A stretch of DNA of 64,000 nucleotides from Eledone cirrhosa (GCA_964016885.1 OZ024746.1:17050001-17114000); one strand, 5' to 3'. Positions 14,596 to 29,960 are shown, counted from the first letter of the stretch. The notes: generated by a model from the sequence alone, not told the origin. Made by a program: numbers and translations.

Positions 14596-14686
14596 ATAAT
14601 AAGTTAATGGACCCAGCATATTTATCAATGCCAGTACCGGTTGTGTCTCAGTGTACTCCATGGGCAATGTAAGATACATTACCAGA

Positions 14687-14737
<51 letters not shown>

Positions 14738-15253
14738 TGGCTGTGGATTTATATGTATTTAAATGACAAAAAACATTTACTGATGCTGTGATTCCATATT
14801 AGTGGTTGATTTGTGTTATTTACTATATATATTTCAGTTGACTGGTACTTGAATTTCACCAATACTTATTAATCAGCCAGTGGAGATGTTTTATGTGTGG
14901 CATAAACTTTCATATAAACTCTAGATAATTTGTTTCTATAAAACACTATACATCAACTAGCATCACTGGATGATTAACTACTGTTGGTGAAATCTGAGTA
15001 GCAGGCAACTGAGATATATGTGGAGGAAACAAAATAAGAGCAGAAAGAAGAGGAAAGCAAATAGTCATTGAGGAGGTCATAGAATGTGTGGTGAGAGAAC
15101 TTGGACAGATTAACTAATAACAAAGCTGAAAATTAGTGTGTATTTTTATTGGCAATATTGACAACGTGACCATCCCCAAATATAAAAATATTTGTTTCAA
15201 CAACATTTCATATAAAGAATCTTGCTAAACAAATACATAAACATATATATATA

Positions 15254-16975
15254 TCATCATCATTTAACGTCTATCTTCCACGCTAGTATGGGTTTAGCCG
15301 GGAATTGTCCCACTTGAGGCAAGATTGGTCGTCTCGCTCGTATGGGACTGTCTGGCAGGTTCTCTATGGCTGGATGCCCTTCCTAACACCAACCATGTTT
15401 ACAGTGTGGACTGGGAGGTTTTTACCGTGTTACCTACACGGCCACATTACAGCGTGGACTGTGTTTTTTTGTCGTGACACCGACACAACCTCATTTATTT
15501 AGGACTGGATGTTGTGGTACCAACATAACTTTACAGAGAAAGGGGTGGTGTTGATTGGGGTGGGGGAGTTGGGGTAATGTGACGGGGGTGTATATTTGAT
15601 TAAGAGGTGCCTACTGAGTGTAGGTTTTGCTTTGTACTTAGGCAAGGCGGGTTTTCTGTATTACTGTGTGGCGCCAAAGATCTTGGTCCAGTGACATTGT
15701 CTTGGAGAGGTGTAAGTGTGTAAGGTCAGAATTTATCAAATCGTCCCAGGTTTTTCTGGGTCTGCCTACTCCGTAACTTCCGTCAATTTTGATCGCCCTG
15801 CACTTTTTTATACAGCTGTCGTCTTTCATGCGCATCACGTGACCATACCAACGTAGTCTTCTCTCGAGTAAACAGCATCTGATCCCTCTTATTCCTAATT
15901 TCTCACTTAGTTCATTTATGATTTGCTGTTCATGTATATTACTATTACACATCCAGCGGAGCACGGATGCTTCGTTCCTCTTCAGTCTGCGCAGATCCTC
16001 TGCACACAATGCCCATGTCTCACTGCCATGTAACATAGCTGTTTGTATGCAGGCATCATACAGTCTGCTTTTCATTTTTAGAGAGAAACCTTTAGTGGCC
16101 AATAATGGTATAAGCTCTCTGAACTTTTTCCATCCCGTTCTGACTCTGGCTACTGTACTTTCAGAGCACCCACCACCACTGCTGATTTTGTCACCCAAGT
16201 AACGGAAGGTGTCCACTATTTCTATAGAGCCATCTGGGCAATAGAAGGAGCTAGTATCCTGTGGGCGCTTGCTACTTATTGCACCTGAGCACTGGCCACA
16301 TATAAAATCTACGTTCTTAGATAGCTTACCTGTGATCGCACTACATCTTTTATGCACCCATACTTTGCATTTGGGACATAAAATGGAATTTCTGCCTACT
16401 CCTTTCCTACACACTGAGCATGGCCATTTCCCAGAGGGGGACCTGTGCCCTATTTACCCTCCTACATACTAGAACTTTAGTCTTAGACAAGTTAACTTTA
16501 AGGCCTTTTGTTTCTAGGCTATGCTTCCATGTTTGGAATTTCTTCTCTAGTTCAGCCATCGATTCAGCTATGAGCGTTAGATCGTCTGCATAGAGAAGTT
16601 CCCATGGGCAGCTGGTCTTGAACTCCTCTGAAGGGCAATAATAAGTAGGAGGGGGCTAAGGACAGAGCCCTGATGGACACCAACTTTTACGCTAAATTCT
16701 TCACTATATTCATTGTTAATTCTAACCTTGCTGACTGTTTCTTTATACATGGCTTGTATAGCTCTCGCAAGCCATTCATCAACCCCTAGTTTTCTAAGGG
16801 CCCACCAGATAATGGTGCGGGGGACTCTGTCAAAGGCTTTCTGCAAGTCAACAAAAGCTAAGTAGAGGGGTTTACTTTTAGCTAGGTACTTCTCCTATAG
16901 TTGTCATACAAGGAAAAGGGTGTCTGTGGTACTTTTACCTGACACAAACCCAAACTGCATTTCATCTAGATCAAT
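15254..16975 (-). mobile_element. 5'-truncated RTE LINE, family B (RT, Cys-rich insert, C-terminus, 3' UTR)
   Basis: ORFs 16577-16846 (KAFDRVP, GVHQGSVLSPLL) and 15638-16414 (FRYLG, RRLRWYGHV, GRPRKTW). Frameshifted. (ATG)n tail. Confidence 0.92.
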
Positions 16976-17421
16976 ATATATTTATATATAATGTATATAT
17001 ATATATATATGTATGTATATATATCTTTAGGTTTGTTGGTTCACCACTGGATAGATTTGGTCATTCCGTATGGTCAATCTTGGTGTAATATGACTTCTCT
17101 CTTTCTTTCTTTCCCTTTTTTATTTTTTATTCTTTGACGGAGAGTGGTAGTACATTATAAGCCTTCGCCCCTCACCAGATGGTCATTAGCAGATCGAGTT
17201 GCCATCACTTTGAGGGCGACTGGCCAAGGTAAAGACAGCTAGTTGGTCAGTCGTCCTCTCTGTCTCTGATTTTTCGGACCCATGGTTTTTACATATTCCT
17301 TTGTTATATTTCAAATACCTGATGATATCACCGGATTCATATAGAACCCAGTCATTGAAATGATTATAGTATAATAAATTTTTCAAGGATTTACACCAGT
17401 CCAACCTCCTGTTATTTTTAT

Positions 17422-17469
<48 letters not shown>

Positions 17470-17487
17470 ATATATATATATATATAC

Positions 17488-17841
17488 ATACAATATATTA
17501 ACAAATGGAAACTATATTTATAAAACCATATTTATTTCATTATACATATTTCAAGGGCCACCAAGGCAAACTATGGTGTGCTTTCATCAGATAAAATATA
17601 ATATAGGTTAGTTTTATAAATAAATATTGACATACCCTGAAAAAATGCAACCATTCTGGTTGGAATCTCATGGAATGGTTGCATTTTTTCAGGGTATGTC
17701 AATATTTTTTTTTTAAACTAACCTATATTATATTTTATCTGATGAAAATGCACCATAGTTTTCCTTGATGGCTCTTGAAATATGTATAATGAAATAAATA
17801 TGGTTTTATAAATATAGTTTCCATTTGTTAATATATTGTAT
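17488..17841. repeat. Fold-back element, about 170-bp arms and 16-nt loop, between (TA)n tracts
   Basis: 17488-17656 is the near-perfect reverse complement of 17673-17841. The arms carry CTGATGA...GAAATATGTA...AATAAA. Confidence 0.92.
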
Positions 17842-17931
17842 ATTTACTCCAATAATTTGTTGAGTGCTTTATATCAGTTATAAAAATATTTTGCTTGTTA
17901 TATCCCAACAAATTAAATATAACCTCTACAC

Positions 17932-18316
<385 letters not shown>

Positions 18317-18418
18317 GGAAAACCTAGATGGAAGTGGTGAGAGCTCATCTTAGATCACTGAAGCTCACAGTGTAGATTATAAAAGAATGGAACAAGTGGA
18401 AAGATGCTGTACTGAGAA

Positions 18419-19093
18419 GAACAGCAAAGCATAAATGAACTAAGTGAGAAATTAGGAATAAGAGGGATCAGATGCTGTTTACTCGAGAGAAGACTACGTT
18501 GGTATGGCCACGTGATGCGCATGAACGACGACAGCTGTATAAAAAAAAGTGCAGGGCGATCAAAATAGACGGTAGCTACGGAGTAGGCAGACCCAGAAAA
18601 ACCTGGGACGACTTGATAAAATTCGACCTCACACACTTACACCTCTCCAAGACAATGTCACTGGACCGAGATCTTTGGCGCTACGTAGTAATACAGAAGA
18701 CCCGCTTTGCCTAAGTACAAAGCGAAACCTACAGTCAGTAGGCACCTCTTAACCAAAATACACCCCAGTCCCACTACCCCTACCGCCATCTACACCACCC
18801 CTTTTGATGTAAAGCTGGTACCACAACATCCAGTCCTAAATAAATGAGGTCATGTAGGTGTCACGACAAAAAAAACACACAGTCCACGCTGTAATGTGGC
18901 CATGTAGGTAACATGGTAAAAACCTCCCAGTCCACACTGTAAACGTGGTTGGTGTTAGGAAGGGCATCCAGCCATAGAAAATCCGCCAGACAGTCCTGAG
19001 CAAAACAACCAATCTTGCCTCAAGTGGGACAATTCCTGTCCAGACCCATGCTAGCGTGGAAGATGGACGTTAAACGATGATGATGATGATGAT
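18419..19093 (+). mobile_element. RTE LINE family B, 3' fragment
   Basis: GRPRKTWDDLI...DRDLWR, 3' UTR and (ATG)n tail; ends about 95 nt upstream of a CSK exon. Confidence 0.9.
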
Positions 19094-19188
19094 ATCTATA
19101 TATATATATATACACACACACACACAAAACGTATATACACTGAAGTGATTATGTAAGTAAATTAAAATATTGGTTTTATTTTCTTCAG

Positions 19189-19305
19189 CATGAAACTTGG
19201 CAGATGGGAACCGAAGTTGTGGCCTGCTACAAGTTTCCAGGTGGTTCTTTGGAAGATCTGCCATTCAACAAAGGAGACATTCTTACCATTATCAAGGCAA
19301 CAAGA
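19189..19305 (+). CDS. CSK: CSK exon, SH3 N-terminal half (HETWQMGTEVVACYKFPGGSLEDLPFNKGDILTIIKATR)
   Basis: TTTTCTTCAG| acceptor and AGA|GTAAGT donor, 117 nt, phase 0-0. Aligns to Csk WPSGTECIAKYNF...DLPFCKGDVLTIVAVTK (recalled human sequence). Confidence 0.95.
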
Positions 19306-20533
19306 GTAAGTATATTGTTATTCTTTCTTATTTTTTTCAAAGCCATTGTTTGTTTCTCTAATCTCTTCATTTTCATATTGTTGTTGATCTTTAGTAAGGA
19401 TAGTGTGTCATCTCTTGTCTCCCTCCTCTCATGTACGTACATACACCCTCTCTAACTCTCTCCCTGATTAATCAGTAAGTGATTAAGATAGGTGCAGGCA
19501 GAAAATGCAAATTAAAAGCAAATAGTACCAAATATGTTTGGACATACCAACTGCGATCATTCTTTTAGTGTCAGGAAGGACAACTGGACATAGAAAAATT
19601 GCCTCAAAAATATTTCATCCAACCCATGCAATCATGGAAAAACAGACATAATGATAATGGTGATTCCATGAATTAAGACAAACCCAAGCCTGCAAAACCT
19701 TTAGAGGTACATTGTACACAGTGCAGCAAAAATATATCCCACATTTTAAGTGTTGACTGTGTAAAATATGGGAGGTTTTTCTGCCACATCCTCTATTAAT
19801 ATAGTGTAAACTACAAAATTGAAAATAGTGGGTAAATGGATTAGTCATTGTTTAATAGAGGAAACTCTTACTTAGACATACTTTATTTTACAATTGTCTA
19901 GTGATATAAGACATCAGATTGGATTGAGATAGCAGGATGTGGCTAAATATAACGTGAGGAGATTAGACCTTCATACCCACAGCTGGATCACAACAGCTTA
20001 GGACAGGAACCAGTGGGGGTGGGGGTGGCTTTTACCTGATATTCTTAATATGACTCGTATTTGATATGGACAGTCATATAGATAGACTTTATGATGATGA
20101 TAAGGATTAGGCGACTTAGTGAAGAGTGTGTGGGAGGGGGACTTTATAATAATCTTTGATTATAATCATATGATTTCCTTTTTCTAAGTGTATGTGTATC
20201 ATTAGCATCACTTCTGTACACACATACACACACCTGCATATGTGTGCAAGCATAGCTGTGTGGTTTTATGTTCAGTCCCACTGCATTGCACCTTGGGAAA
20301 GTGTCTTCTCCTATAGGCTTGAGTTCAAGATGACCAATGCCTTGTGAGTAATATTTAACAAACAGAAACTGTGTGGAAGTCCATCCTCTGTGTGTGTTTC
20401 CACGTCAGTTTGTATTTACTGTAGCAGACTTGAAAAGAAAAAGAACTGAAGTTGAGATAATCAACTAAATCTCTTCAAGACAATATGGCAGCATTGCTGC
20501 AGTCTAATGATTGAAACCAATAATAAAAGTATG

Positions 20534-20535
20534 CA

Positions 20536-20569
<34 letters not shown>

Positions 20570-20682
20570 CATACATACATACACACATACATACATACAT
20601 ACATATATACATACATACATACATACATACATACATACATACATACATACATACATACATACATACATACATACATACATAC
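20534..20682. repeat. (CATA)n microsatellite
   Basis: Directly visible. Confidence 0.97.
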
Positions 20683-20710
20683 AAGTAAAATTCCATTATA
20701 ACGAATACCA

Positions 20711-21835
20711 TATGGGTACATAAAAGATGTAGTGAGATCACAGGTAAGCTATTTAAGAATGTAGATTTTATATGTGGCCAATGTTCAGGTGCAATAAGGT
20801 ACTAGCTCCTTCTATTGCCCAGATGGTTCTATAGAAATAGTGGACACCTTCCGTTACCTGGGTGACAAAATCAGCAGTGGTGGAAGGTGCTCTGAAAGTA
20901 CAGTAGCTAGAGTCAGAACTGGATGGAAAAGTTCAGAGAGCTTATACCACTATTGGCCACTAAAGGTTTCTCTCTAAAAATGAAAGGCAGATTGTATGAT
21001 GCCTGCATACGAACAGCATTGTTACATGGCAGTGAGACATGGGCATTGTGTGCAGAGGATCTGCACAGACTGGAGAGGAACGAAGCATGCATGCTCCGCT
21101 GGATGTGTAATAGTAATATACGTGAACAGCGAAGCATAAATGAACTAAGTGAGAAATTAGGAATAAGAGGGATCAGATGCTGTTTACTTGAGAGAAGACT
21201 ACGTTGGTATGGTCATGTGATGCGTATGAAAGACGACAGCTGTATAAAAAAGTGCAGGGCGATCAAAATTGATGGAAGTTACGGAGTAGGCAGATCCAGA
21301 AAAACCTGGGACGATTTGATAAATTCCGACCTCACACACTTACATCTCTCCATGACAATGTCACTGGACCGAGATCTTTGGCACTACGTAGTAATACAGA
21401 AGACCCGCCTTGCCTAAGTACAAAGCAAAACCTACAGTCAGTAGGCACCTCTTAACCAAATATACTCCCCCTACCACTACCCCTACTCCACCTCAGCCCC
21501 CACTCCCACCAACACCACCCCGTTCTCTGTAAAGTTATGTTGGTACCACAACATCCAGTCCTAAATAAATGAGGTCGTGTAGGTGTCACGACAAAAAAAC
21601 ACACAGTCCACGCTCTAATGTGGCCGTGTAGGTAACACGGTAAAAACCTCCCAGTCCACACTGTAAAAGTGGTTGGTGTTAGGAAGGGCATCCAGCCGTA
21701 GAAAACCTGCCAGACAGTCCTATACGAGCGAGACACGGTCACCCGACCAATCTTGCCTCAAGTGGGACAATTCCCGTCTAAACCCATGCTAGTGTGGAAG
21801 ATAGACGTTAAACAATGATGATGATGATGATGATG
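20711..21835 (+). mobile_element. 5'-truncated RTE LINE, family B
   Basis: ORF 20923-21417 is nearly identical to 15638-16414 on the opposite strand; (ATG)n tail. Confidence 0.92.
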
Positions 21836-22669
21836 ACCATTATAATGAATTTTTCAATGCTCGAATTGTTTGTCAATCTCGTTACAATGAATCTCTTTTT
21901 ATAGTCTGTGAATTTTGTTATAATGGAATTTCACTATATACATACATACATATATATATATACACACACACACAGGGACATACATATATACACACACACA
22001 CAGGGACATACATCCACACACATCTGTACAGTATGTATATACATAGTTCTCCTTCATCTGACTAGTAATGGCACCCAGTATTGCCATATATTGTCAGTCA
22101 ACCAGGGAAGATGACCTGAAAGTATTGGTTAATATGTTTGTTCCAGCCAGAGATCATAGAAACACATTACTCTAATATCCATGTTTTCAGGACTTTGGTG
22201 GTAGACTGTATTAGCAATAATTGGGATTATTTCAGCATGTATTTTTATTGGATGGGCTGTTATAGACCAAGTTGTTACTTGCTCAGAGCTACTGTCCTTC
22301 TAAGTGGGTTAGGGGACCACCTGTTTCTCAATAATGTTGATTTTTGGCATGGTTTCTACAGCTGAATGCCACCCTTCAACTACTTTATGGGGTACTGGTG
22401 TATTATCAAAGCAAAAGCAATAGAAAAATTGTTATATCCTTAACATGACTGTAGAGTCCTCTCTACCTTAATATACTATAGTAAATTTATCACAAAAGTT
22501 ACATTTTCAGTGCCAAATACCACATTATAATGGACTTCCTCCTTTGTAACGAAATGTCTATATCATTGACATTCGAGACAAGACAGGTCAAATTACCACA
22601 TTTTGCTCATACGTTCCATATTTTGACATGATTTCTATAGCTGGATGTCTTTCCTTATGACAACCACCC

Positions 22670-23000
22670 TACAGAGTAAACTGGGTGCATTTTCCTGTAT
22701 TACCAGCTCTACTACTTTACAGGGTGTAATGGGTGCATTTTATCATGATACAAGCACTACCACCTAATAGGGGGTACTGGGTGCATTTTCCTGTGTCACC
22801 AGCTCTACTACTTTACAAGGTACACTGGGGGCATTTTATCATGACACCAGCATTGCCACTTAACAGACTGTACTGGGTGCATGTTATCATGACACCAGCA
22901 CTATCATTTTACAGAGTGTACTGGGTACATTTTATCATGACACCAGCACTATCACTTTACAGAGTGTATTGGGTACATTTTATCATGACACCAGCACTAA
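22670..23000. repeat. About 48-bp minisatellite, about 7 copies
   Basis: Unit TTTACAGAGTGTACTGGGTACATTTTATCATGACACCAGCACTATCAC. Confidence 0.85.
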
Positions 23001-24406
23001 AGAGATTGTCTAGTCCTTGACAAAACCAAATATTTCTCTCCCCCTTGCATTGTTTCAGATTGTTTGTCAATCATATTAGTCTATATTTTAATAATAGTTG
23101 TATTATTATGTTTATCACTCACCTCACTAATCCCAGGTTATTAGATTACACATGATGCTATGATTCCTTAACGGTAATTGTTTTAGTCAATTTAGTTGTT
23201 GTTTTTGTTGTTATTCTATTTCTCATGAACAATGTGACCAATCTCGCCTGCTTCAGTTGACATTTTACCATTTTTCAATTTCATCTGCTTACTTGACCCA
23301 ACCACAGCTTATAGCAACAACATATATACAATTATAATCTCTACATAATTCATGTGACACATTATTATTCTGGTCACCAATTATATTCTCTTTTAATGCT
23401 TCTAGAAAATGTTCTCACCACCACCACTAACAACAACACCCTTCATCATTATTGTCATCCCAACTATCAAGCTAATGGAGGACCCTCCACACAGTTGCTT
23501 TACTTACTGGGTGTAGCAGCTAAATCTGCCTTAAATCACATTGTATCACTTTTGACCCTTTTATTTACCATATTTGTAATAAAATGCACTGCCTATGATT
23601 TCCAAATAATTTTCAAAGTAAGTTTTAGTAATATAACTAACTTTCTCATTATTAAACTGGTGTTTGGAAATGACAATTATTCTTACATATTGAAGGATTT
23701 TAGATAAATATAAACACTTTAAAACAAACAGTATTTGTATCATATAACCACAGTTTCAGGCAGATGGTATTAAAGGGATTAAGAAGGTTGGACATTGGCA
23801 GATGTAGTCCTAGATATACAAAAAGATGAAATGATATTTGGAATGCTTTTAATCATAGGTCAACTCAGTCAGGAATGACTTGAGCTTAAACAGCAACAAC
23901 ATCAACACTACTGTCAATATCAGTTGTATCATTCATTGTCAATCTCATTGTCATAACATTGACTGTTTTTTTTTTGGGGGGGGGGGCTATCAGTAGAGTA
24001 GATTTACACAATAGGGGGTAAGTGGGGTGGATTTACACAGGGGCAGGAGAGGAGATGAGGGGTATCAGTAGGCTGGATGTACACAGTAGTTGTGAATTAG
24101 CAGTCATTGGAGTATTGGATTAAATGCCTTGCAGTATTTGTTCTAACTCTCTACACCCTCTGTTCAAATCCCACTTTAAGTTACACATTGTCTTTCATCT
24201 TTTCAGAGTTGATAATATAAACTATCAGTTGAGGGTGGTGAACTGGTAAAATTGTTAAAGCATTAGATAAGGTGCCTTGTTGTATTTGTTTAAGCTCTGT
24301 GCATTCTGGGTGTTCATATTCTACCTAGGGATTTGAATCCCACAATGGCTAGAGCTGACCACATGGCTGTAACTGATTATGAAAGCTGTAATGAACAAAG
24401 ATGAGT

Positions 24407-26177
24407 CATCATCATCATCATCACCGTTTTACGTCCGTTCTTCCATGCTAGCATGGGTTAGACAGGATGTCCTATTGTGGGCAATGTCTGGTCGGTTGAC
24501 CATGCCTTGCTCATACAGGAACTGATTTTGGCTTGATTTCTACAGCTGGATGCTCTTCCTAACACCAACCTCATTTACAGTGAGTGCTGGGTGCTTTTTT
24601 CCGTGGCGCCTACACGTCCACTTTACAGTGTGGGCTGGGTGCTGTTTTGCCGTGGCACCTCCACGACCACTTTGCAGTGGGAGGGTGTGGGGGCATATTG
24701 TCTATATGCTTCAGCTTGTACCCATGGGAAGTCGGGGACTCTGTATTACTGCGTGACGCCAGAGGTCACGGTCGTGTGTCATCGCCTTTGAGAGGTGCAA
24801 CTGGGTAAGGTCGGCCCCTATCACCTCATCCCAGGTCTTCTTGGGTCTCCCCACTCCGCGGTTTCCATTGACTTCTAGTGCTCTGCACCTTTTTATGCAA
24901 CTGTCATCCTTCATACGCATCACATGTCCATACCAATGCAACCTCCTCTCCTGCACACAGCATTTGATTCCTCTTATGCTCAGTATCTCTCTCAATTTAT
25001 TTATGCTTTGCCGTTCGCGTATATTACTATTACACATCCATCGGAGCATGCAGGCTTCGTTTCTTGCTAATCTACATAAGTCTTCCACCTTCAGCGCCCA
25101 GATCTCACTACCATGTAACATTGCTGTTCGGATACACGCATCATACAGTCTACCTTTCATTTTGAGGGAGAAGCCTTTTGCAGCTAGCAGTGGCAGTAGT
25201 TCCCTGAACTTCTTCCATCCCGTTCTTACTCTAGTTATTGTACTTTCTGAACACCCACCTCCGCTGCTAATTCGGTCACCTAGGTAGCAGAAGCTGTCTA
25301 CTGTTTCTACAGAGCCCTCACAGAGATTAGTGGTACTTGTTTCCTGTGGCTGTTTGCTGCTTGCTGTCCCAGCACAGCTGCTACATGTGAAGCCTACATT
25401 CTTAATTAAGCTTCCTGAGATCCCGCTACATCTCTTGTGTACCCATTGTTTGCATTTGGGGAAGAGAATGGAGTTCCTACCTACACCTTTCCTACATACT
25501 GAGCAAGGCCATTTCCCTAAGGGGATCTGGGTTCTGTTTTCTCACCTACTTACAAGGACCTTAGTCTTTGTCATGTTGACTTTGAGACCCTTTCTTTCTA
25601 GTCCCTGCTTCCAAGTTTGGAATTTCTTCTATAGTTCTACCATAGATTCAGCTATGAGTGTGAGGTCATCAGCATACAGGAGTTCCCATGGGCATCCGGT
25701 CTTAAACTCCTCCATTATTGCCTGCAGGACTATGATGAACAGGAGCGGGCTAAGAACAGAGCCCTGGTGGACACCAACCTGTACGCTAAATTCCTCGCTA
25801 TACTCATTGCTAATCCTAACTTTGCTGACTGCTCCCCTATACACGGCTTGTACAGCTTTCAAAAGCCATTCATCTACTCCTAGTTTTCTAAGAGCCTACC
25901 AGATTATAGCATGTGGAACTCTGTCAAAGGCTTTCTCGAGATCGACGAATGCCAGGTAGACTGGCTTACTTTTAGCTTGGTACTTTTCCTGTAACTGCCT
26001 CACAAGAAGAGGGCATCAGTGGTGCCTCTTCCTGGTACAAACCCAAATTGCATCTCATCTAGTTTCACCCGGTCTCTAATCAACTGTGCTATAACTCTTT
26101 CTGTTACTTTCATGACCTGGTCCATCAGCTTTATACCTCTATAGTTTCCTCTATCTAGTGCATCACCTTTACCTTTG
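24407..26177 (-). mobile_element. 5'-truncated RTE LINE, family A
   Basis: ORFs 25629-25862 (GVHQGSVLSPLLF...LLYADDL) and 24711-25160; (ATG)n tail. Confidence 0.93.
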
Positions 26178-27034
26178 AGTGTTGTATACTATATTTATAA
26201 AAGAAAGTATGGGTTGGAATCAAGAAAGAAAAAATGCCTAAAATAAAACGTCTCATCTAATCTACAAGCTGTCCACTTTGTTATTTGTGCCATCCCTGGA
26301 GGGGCTCTGATGCAGGAGAATTCACCTCATGTAGTGAAACCAATCGTGATTGGGGTGAAAAATAGTCAATTTCATTATAATTAGGGTGTTTCTGATACTA
26401 ATATGGTTAGATTTTTAATCCTGGGGAATATAGAAAATTGTTTGAATTTGAATCTGCTCTAAGTCTATGACCAGGTTTGTAGCTGGAATTTGGGTAGGAA
26501 GAAGGTGGTATGTGAAGAAACTAGGATAGAACAAACAACTAAGGAGGTGATGAAGTTATGTCAACAGTTGATTAAAGGAGAGGAATAAAGTTTTAAACTA
26601 GAGAAAGGTTATTTAGTGTTGTGTTAGCTGCCAGCTTGCTAAAGGTATATGTAATTAGATGTGAGACACAACATAGCAGGTTTTTCTAAATTATATCAAC
26701 ACCACTAACCAGAGCACCAGAACATCTGTGACATTGTGAATAGTAATACATATATATATAGATTATTTACTAAGATTGTTGATATTAACTCAACAGTCCC
26801 TGGCCAATGTTTAGTTCACTCAATAAATCTGCCAAGTTGCAGTAATGCAACTGCAACCAGTAGTTCAGAGTGCACACATTTTAGTTAATAGCAAGTACAG
26901 TGGCTGTGTTTTGATAGAGATAAAGTATATATCTCTTATATATATATATACATATACATATACATATAAATATATATATATATATATAGACAGACATATA
27001 TAAATATAAATATATACATATATATATGTATAGG

Positions 27035-27257
27035 ATCGATCGACTTTCGTCAAATCGGACAGACGAAACAATGTGTCCGCTGGTCTTTCCAGTTGCTAGT
27101 ACTATCTATCGGTCACAACTCCAGGTAGAAGGAGCAACGTGAAATAAAGTGTCTTGCTCAAGGACATAACGCATCACCCGGTCCAGGAATCGAACTCACA
27201 ACACAACCTCAAGATTGTGAATCCAATTCTCTAACCACTCAGCCACACGCCTTCACA
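27035..27257 (-). mobile_element. tRNA-derived SINE with CORE-like segment (related copies near 14090-14265, 36050-36175, 47010-47262)
   Basis: Minus strand has A-box TGGCTGAGTGG, B-box GAGTTCGATTCC, then GTCCTTGAGCAAGACACTT. Confidence 0.75.
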
Positions 27258-29319
27258 TATATATGGGGATATAGAAAATATGGGGACTCTGCATAGAATA
27301 TGTGCTCCATTTCCCTGCATGTCGTAAGATGTGACTAAAAGGGTTGGTAGCAAGAAGAATATTTTACTATAAAACATTGCCATGGAGTCTTCAAGGTTAA
27401 CCCCTGCTTTAAAATGCTTATGAATGATTGATAGTTTATGTTAATTGAAGTCAAGTTTACTCTCAGAAATTTAGATGTGGAGTCACTGATAAAGTCTAAA
27501 GCATGTGATATCTGAGATAGTTCTTCTTAATAACTTAATAAAATGTGGAGAACTCAGGGAACTTGTGTTGGTCTGTATTAACACAATACAGTCCGGGGCA
27601 GATGTGGACTCTGCTAGCCGTAGTGAAAGCAACCTGTCTAGGAGAACAGTGACTCTGATTTAAAACAATTGCACAAGGCAGACGTAGGCTCCGCAAGCCA
27701 TAGTGAAAGCTGCCCATCTGGGAGAGTAGACACTCCAAATAAAAACTGATACGGGGGGGGGGGGGGGGACTCTTAAGTCCAATAAGACAACCTCTCTAGT
27801 GTTGGTGGCATGAATAATGTACCTAGTCCGCACTGTAAAGTGGATGGTGATAGGAAGGCCATCCAGCCAGAAAAACCCAGCCAAAATTTGAAAGAAAATG
27901 TTCAACTGACCTCAGGAGTTTAGAATCTACAGTTTCAGACCTTAAGGCTTTGTGTCTGAGAAAAAAGGATAAGAGACAATATGGTGTTGTTTGGAGGCTG
28001 GTAGACAGCACTTCTTAATGACTGCTATGTTATGAGACTAGTATTAATGTTGGGAACAATACTGAAGATTTTTTTTTTCCTGTTAGAATTCAAGACCTGT
28101 CCTTCCTTTCAGGATTAAACAGTATGGATTTCTACATTTTATCTTGGTACACCTACTACACACACCTCTTTTGTTTTATATTTTCTAACTGCACAACATT
28201 TTTGGTAACAAAGAAAACCTTCAGCAATATCCTATATACAATAGTTTAATGATAAGTTTAAAATGTGTAACTAATTAATGAATTAATTAGAGTTGTCATT
28301 TACAACTAATTAATGCCCTCTGGAACTGGATTGACAATTTCACTGTATTTGAGAGAGATTTTGCCTGTAAATTATTGAGGGGGAAGTGACCACATAAAGA
28401 CATGGGAATAGGTTGGATAATGGACAAAATGAAACATAGCACAGACTATCGTTCTGGAATCCTGTCAGAGAGCACAGTAAAGTTCTCAACTTGGTAGAGG
28501 TACTAGATATATATCTGGAGTTGTTGATAGCAGCTTCCTTGAGTAATGGAAAAAAAGGAAATATGCCGAGACTGTCATTTCTGAAATCCACATAATAAAC
28601 TGCACTGATTGATCTACTATGAAACTAATGAAGTTCAAGTTGCAGGATCCCAGAAGTAGTTGATGTTTTAAGGCTTTTCATCCTGGAGGGGACCACATAA
28701 CAGTTGAAGGTTCAGAACCACCACTGAGTCCATGTCAGAGCTCATAGTTTGTTTCTCAACTAGGCAAAGGCAGTGGATATCTATCTGGAGCTGTGGGTTT
28801 GTTACAACTAGTTATTCAACTCTCTACTGCTTAGTTACTATTAAAGATCTGCTCAATCAGGTCTGAATACCAACATTACTTTTATGCCCAATTACCCATG
28901 CTGACACAGGTTTTCTACAGACAGATACCCTTCCTGATGCCAGCATATACTTTACTTCTTAGTATGGTGTATACCATTCATCTTTGCCAAACCAGTTAGC
29001 TGCAGGCCATAAAGAATGTCACTTTAAATGGTGTCAGTGTGCATGATGTCAGTCACATACATATATATGATGGTTTTAATATACCTAATTGAACCATATG
29101 TTCTTACATTCAATGCAGATTATCTCCAGTTAAAGTTGATATGTTCTATTGTACATGTATATCATTAGATATATATGTATATATGTCATTCACTATTTTG
29201 TAATGATTAAATGCTCAGATTTATTCCTTGAGCTTAGTCTTAGGGGATAAAGCGCATCTTTGAGATTATCTCAAACATGACATTTTTAATTTTAGATGTA
29301 ATGTACACACACATGCATA

Positions 29320-29480
29320 CAATGGGATCCTCACAGTTTTCAACTACCAAATTCATTCACAAGGCATTGGTCAGCCCGAGCCGATAAAAGACTATTACCC
29401 GACATGCTTTGCAGTGGGGTCAGACCCCAAATCTCTGTGGTTACAAAGCCAACCTCTTGACTAAATACCCATGCCTGTGC
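29320..29480 (-). mobile_element. Degenerate SINE of a second family (copies near 2520-2625, 12395-12540, 20250-20390, 46855-46960)
   Basis: Recurrent CCAAATTCA(C/T)TCACAAGGC...GCAGTGGG motif. Confidence 0.6.
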
Positions 29481-29711
29481 TTTTAATTAATGTATTCCAA
29501 AATTGGAATCAGTAATGTGTACTACTAGCTCTTCAAATTTGGAACCAGTTATATGGGTCAGGCTGCTTTAATGTGGGTCAAACTAGTTTGATTGAGCTAA
29601 TAATACTTTTGAGATAACTAACCTAGTTATTTTAGTCCTTACCTTATTTTTATAGCACACTGGTATTTAGTTAAAGAGGGAAAAGGAGGTAAAAGTCTGT
29701 TGGGAGAAGAT

Positions 29712-29960
29712 TACTGATGTGTGTATATATATATAGTCAGTACTACTGATGTATATATTTATATAGTCAGTACTACTGATGTATATATTTATATAGTCAG
29801 TACTACTGATGTATATATTTATATAGTCAGTACTACTGATGTATATATTTATGTAGTCAGTACTACTGATGTATATATTTATATAGTCAGTACTACAGAT
29901 GTAAATTATATATAGTCAGTACGACTGATGTGTTGTGTTTATATATATATAGTCAGTACA
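29712..29960. repeat. 30-bp minisatellite, about 8 copies
   Basis: Unit TACTGATGTATATATTTATATAGTCAGTAC. Confidence 0.93.
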
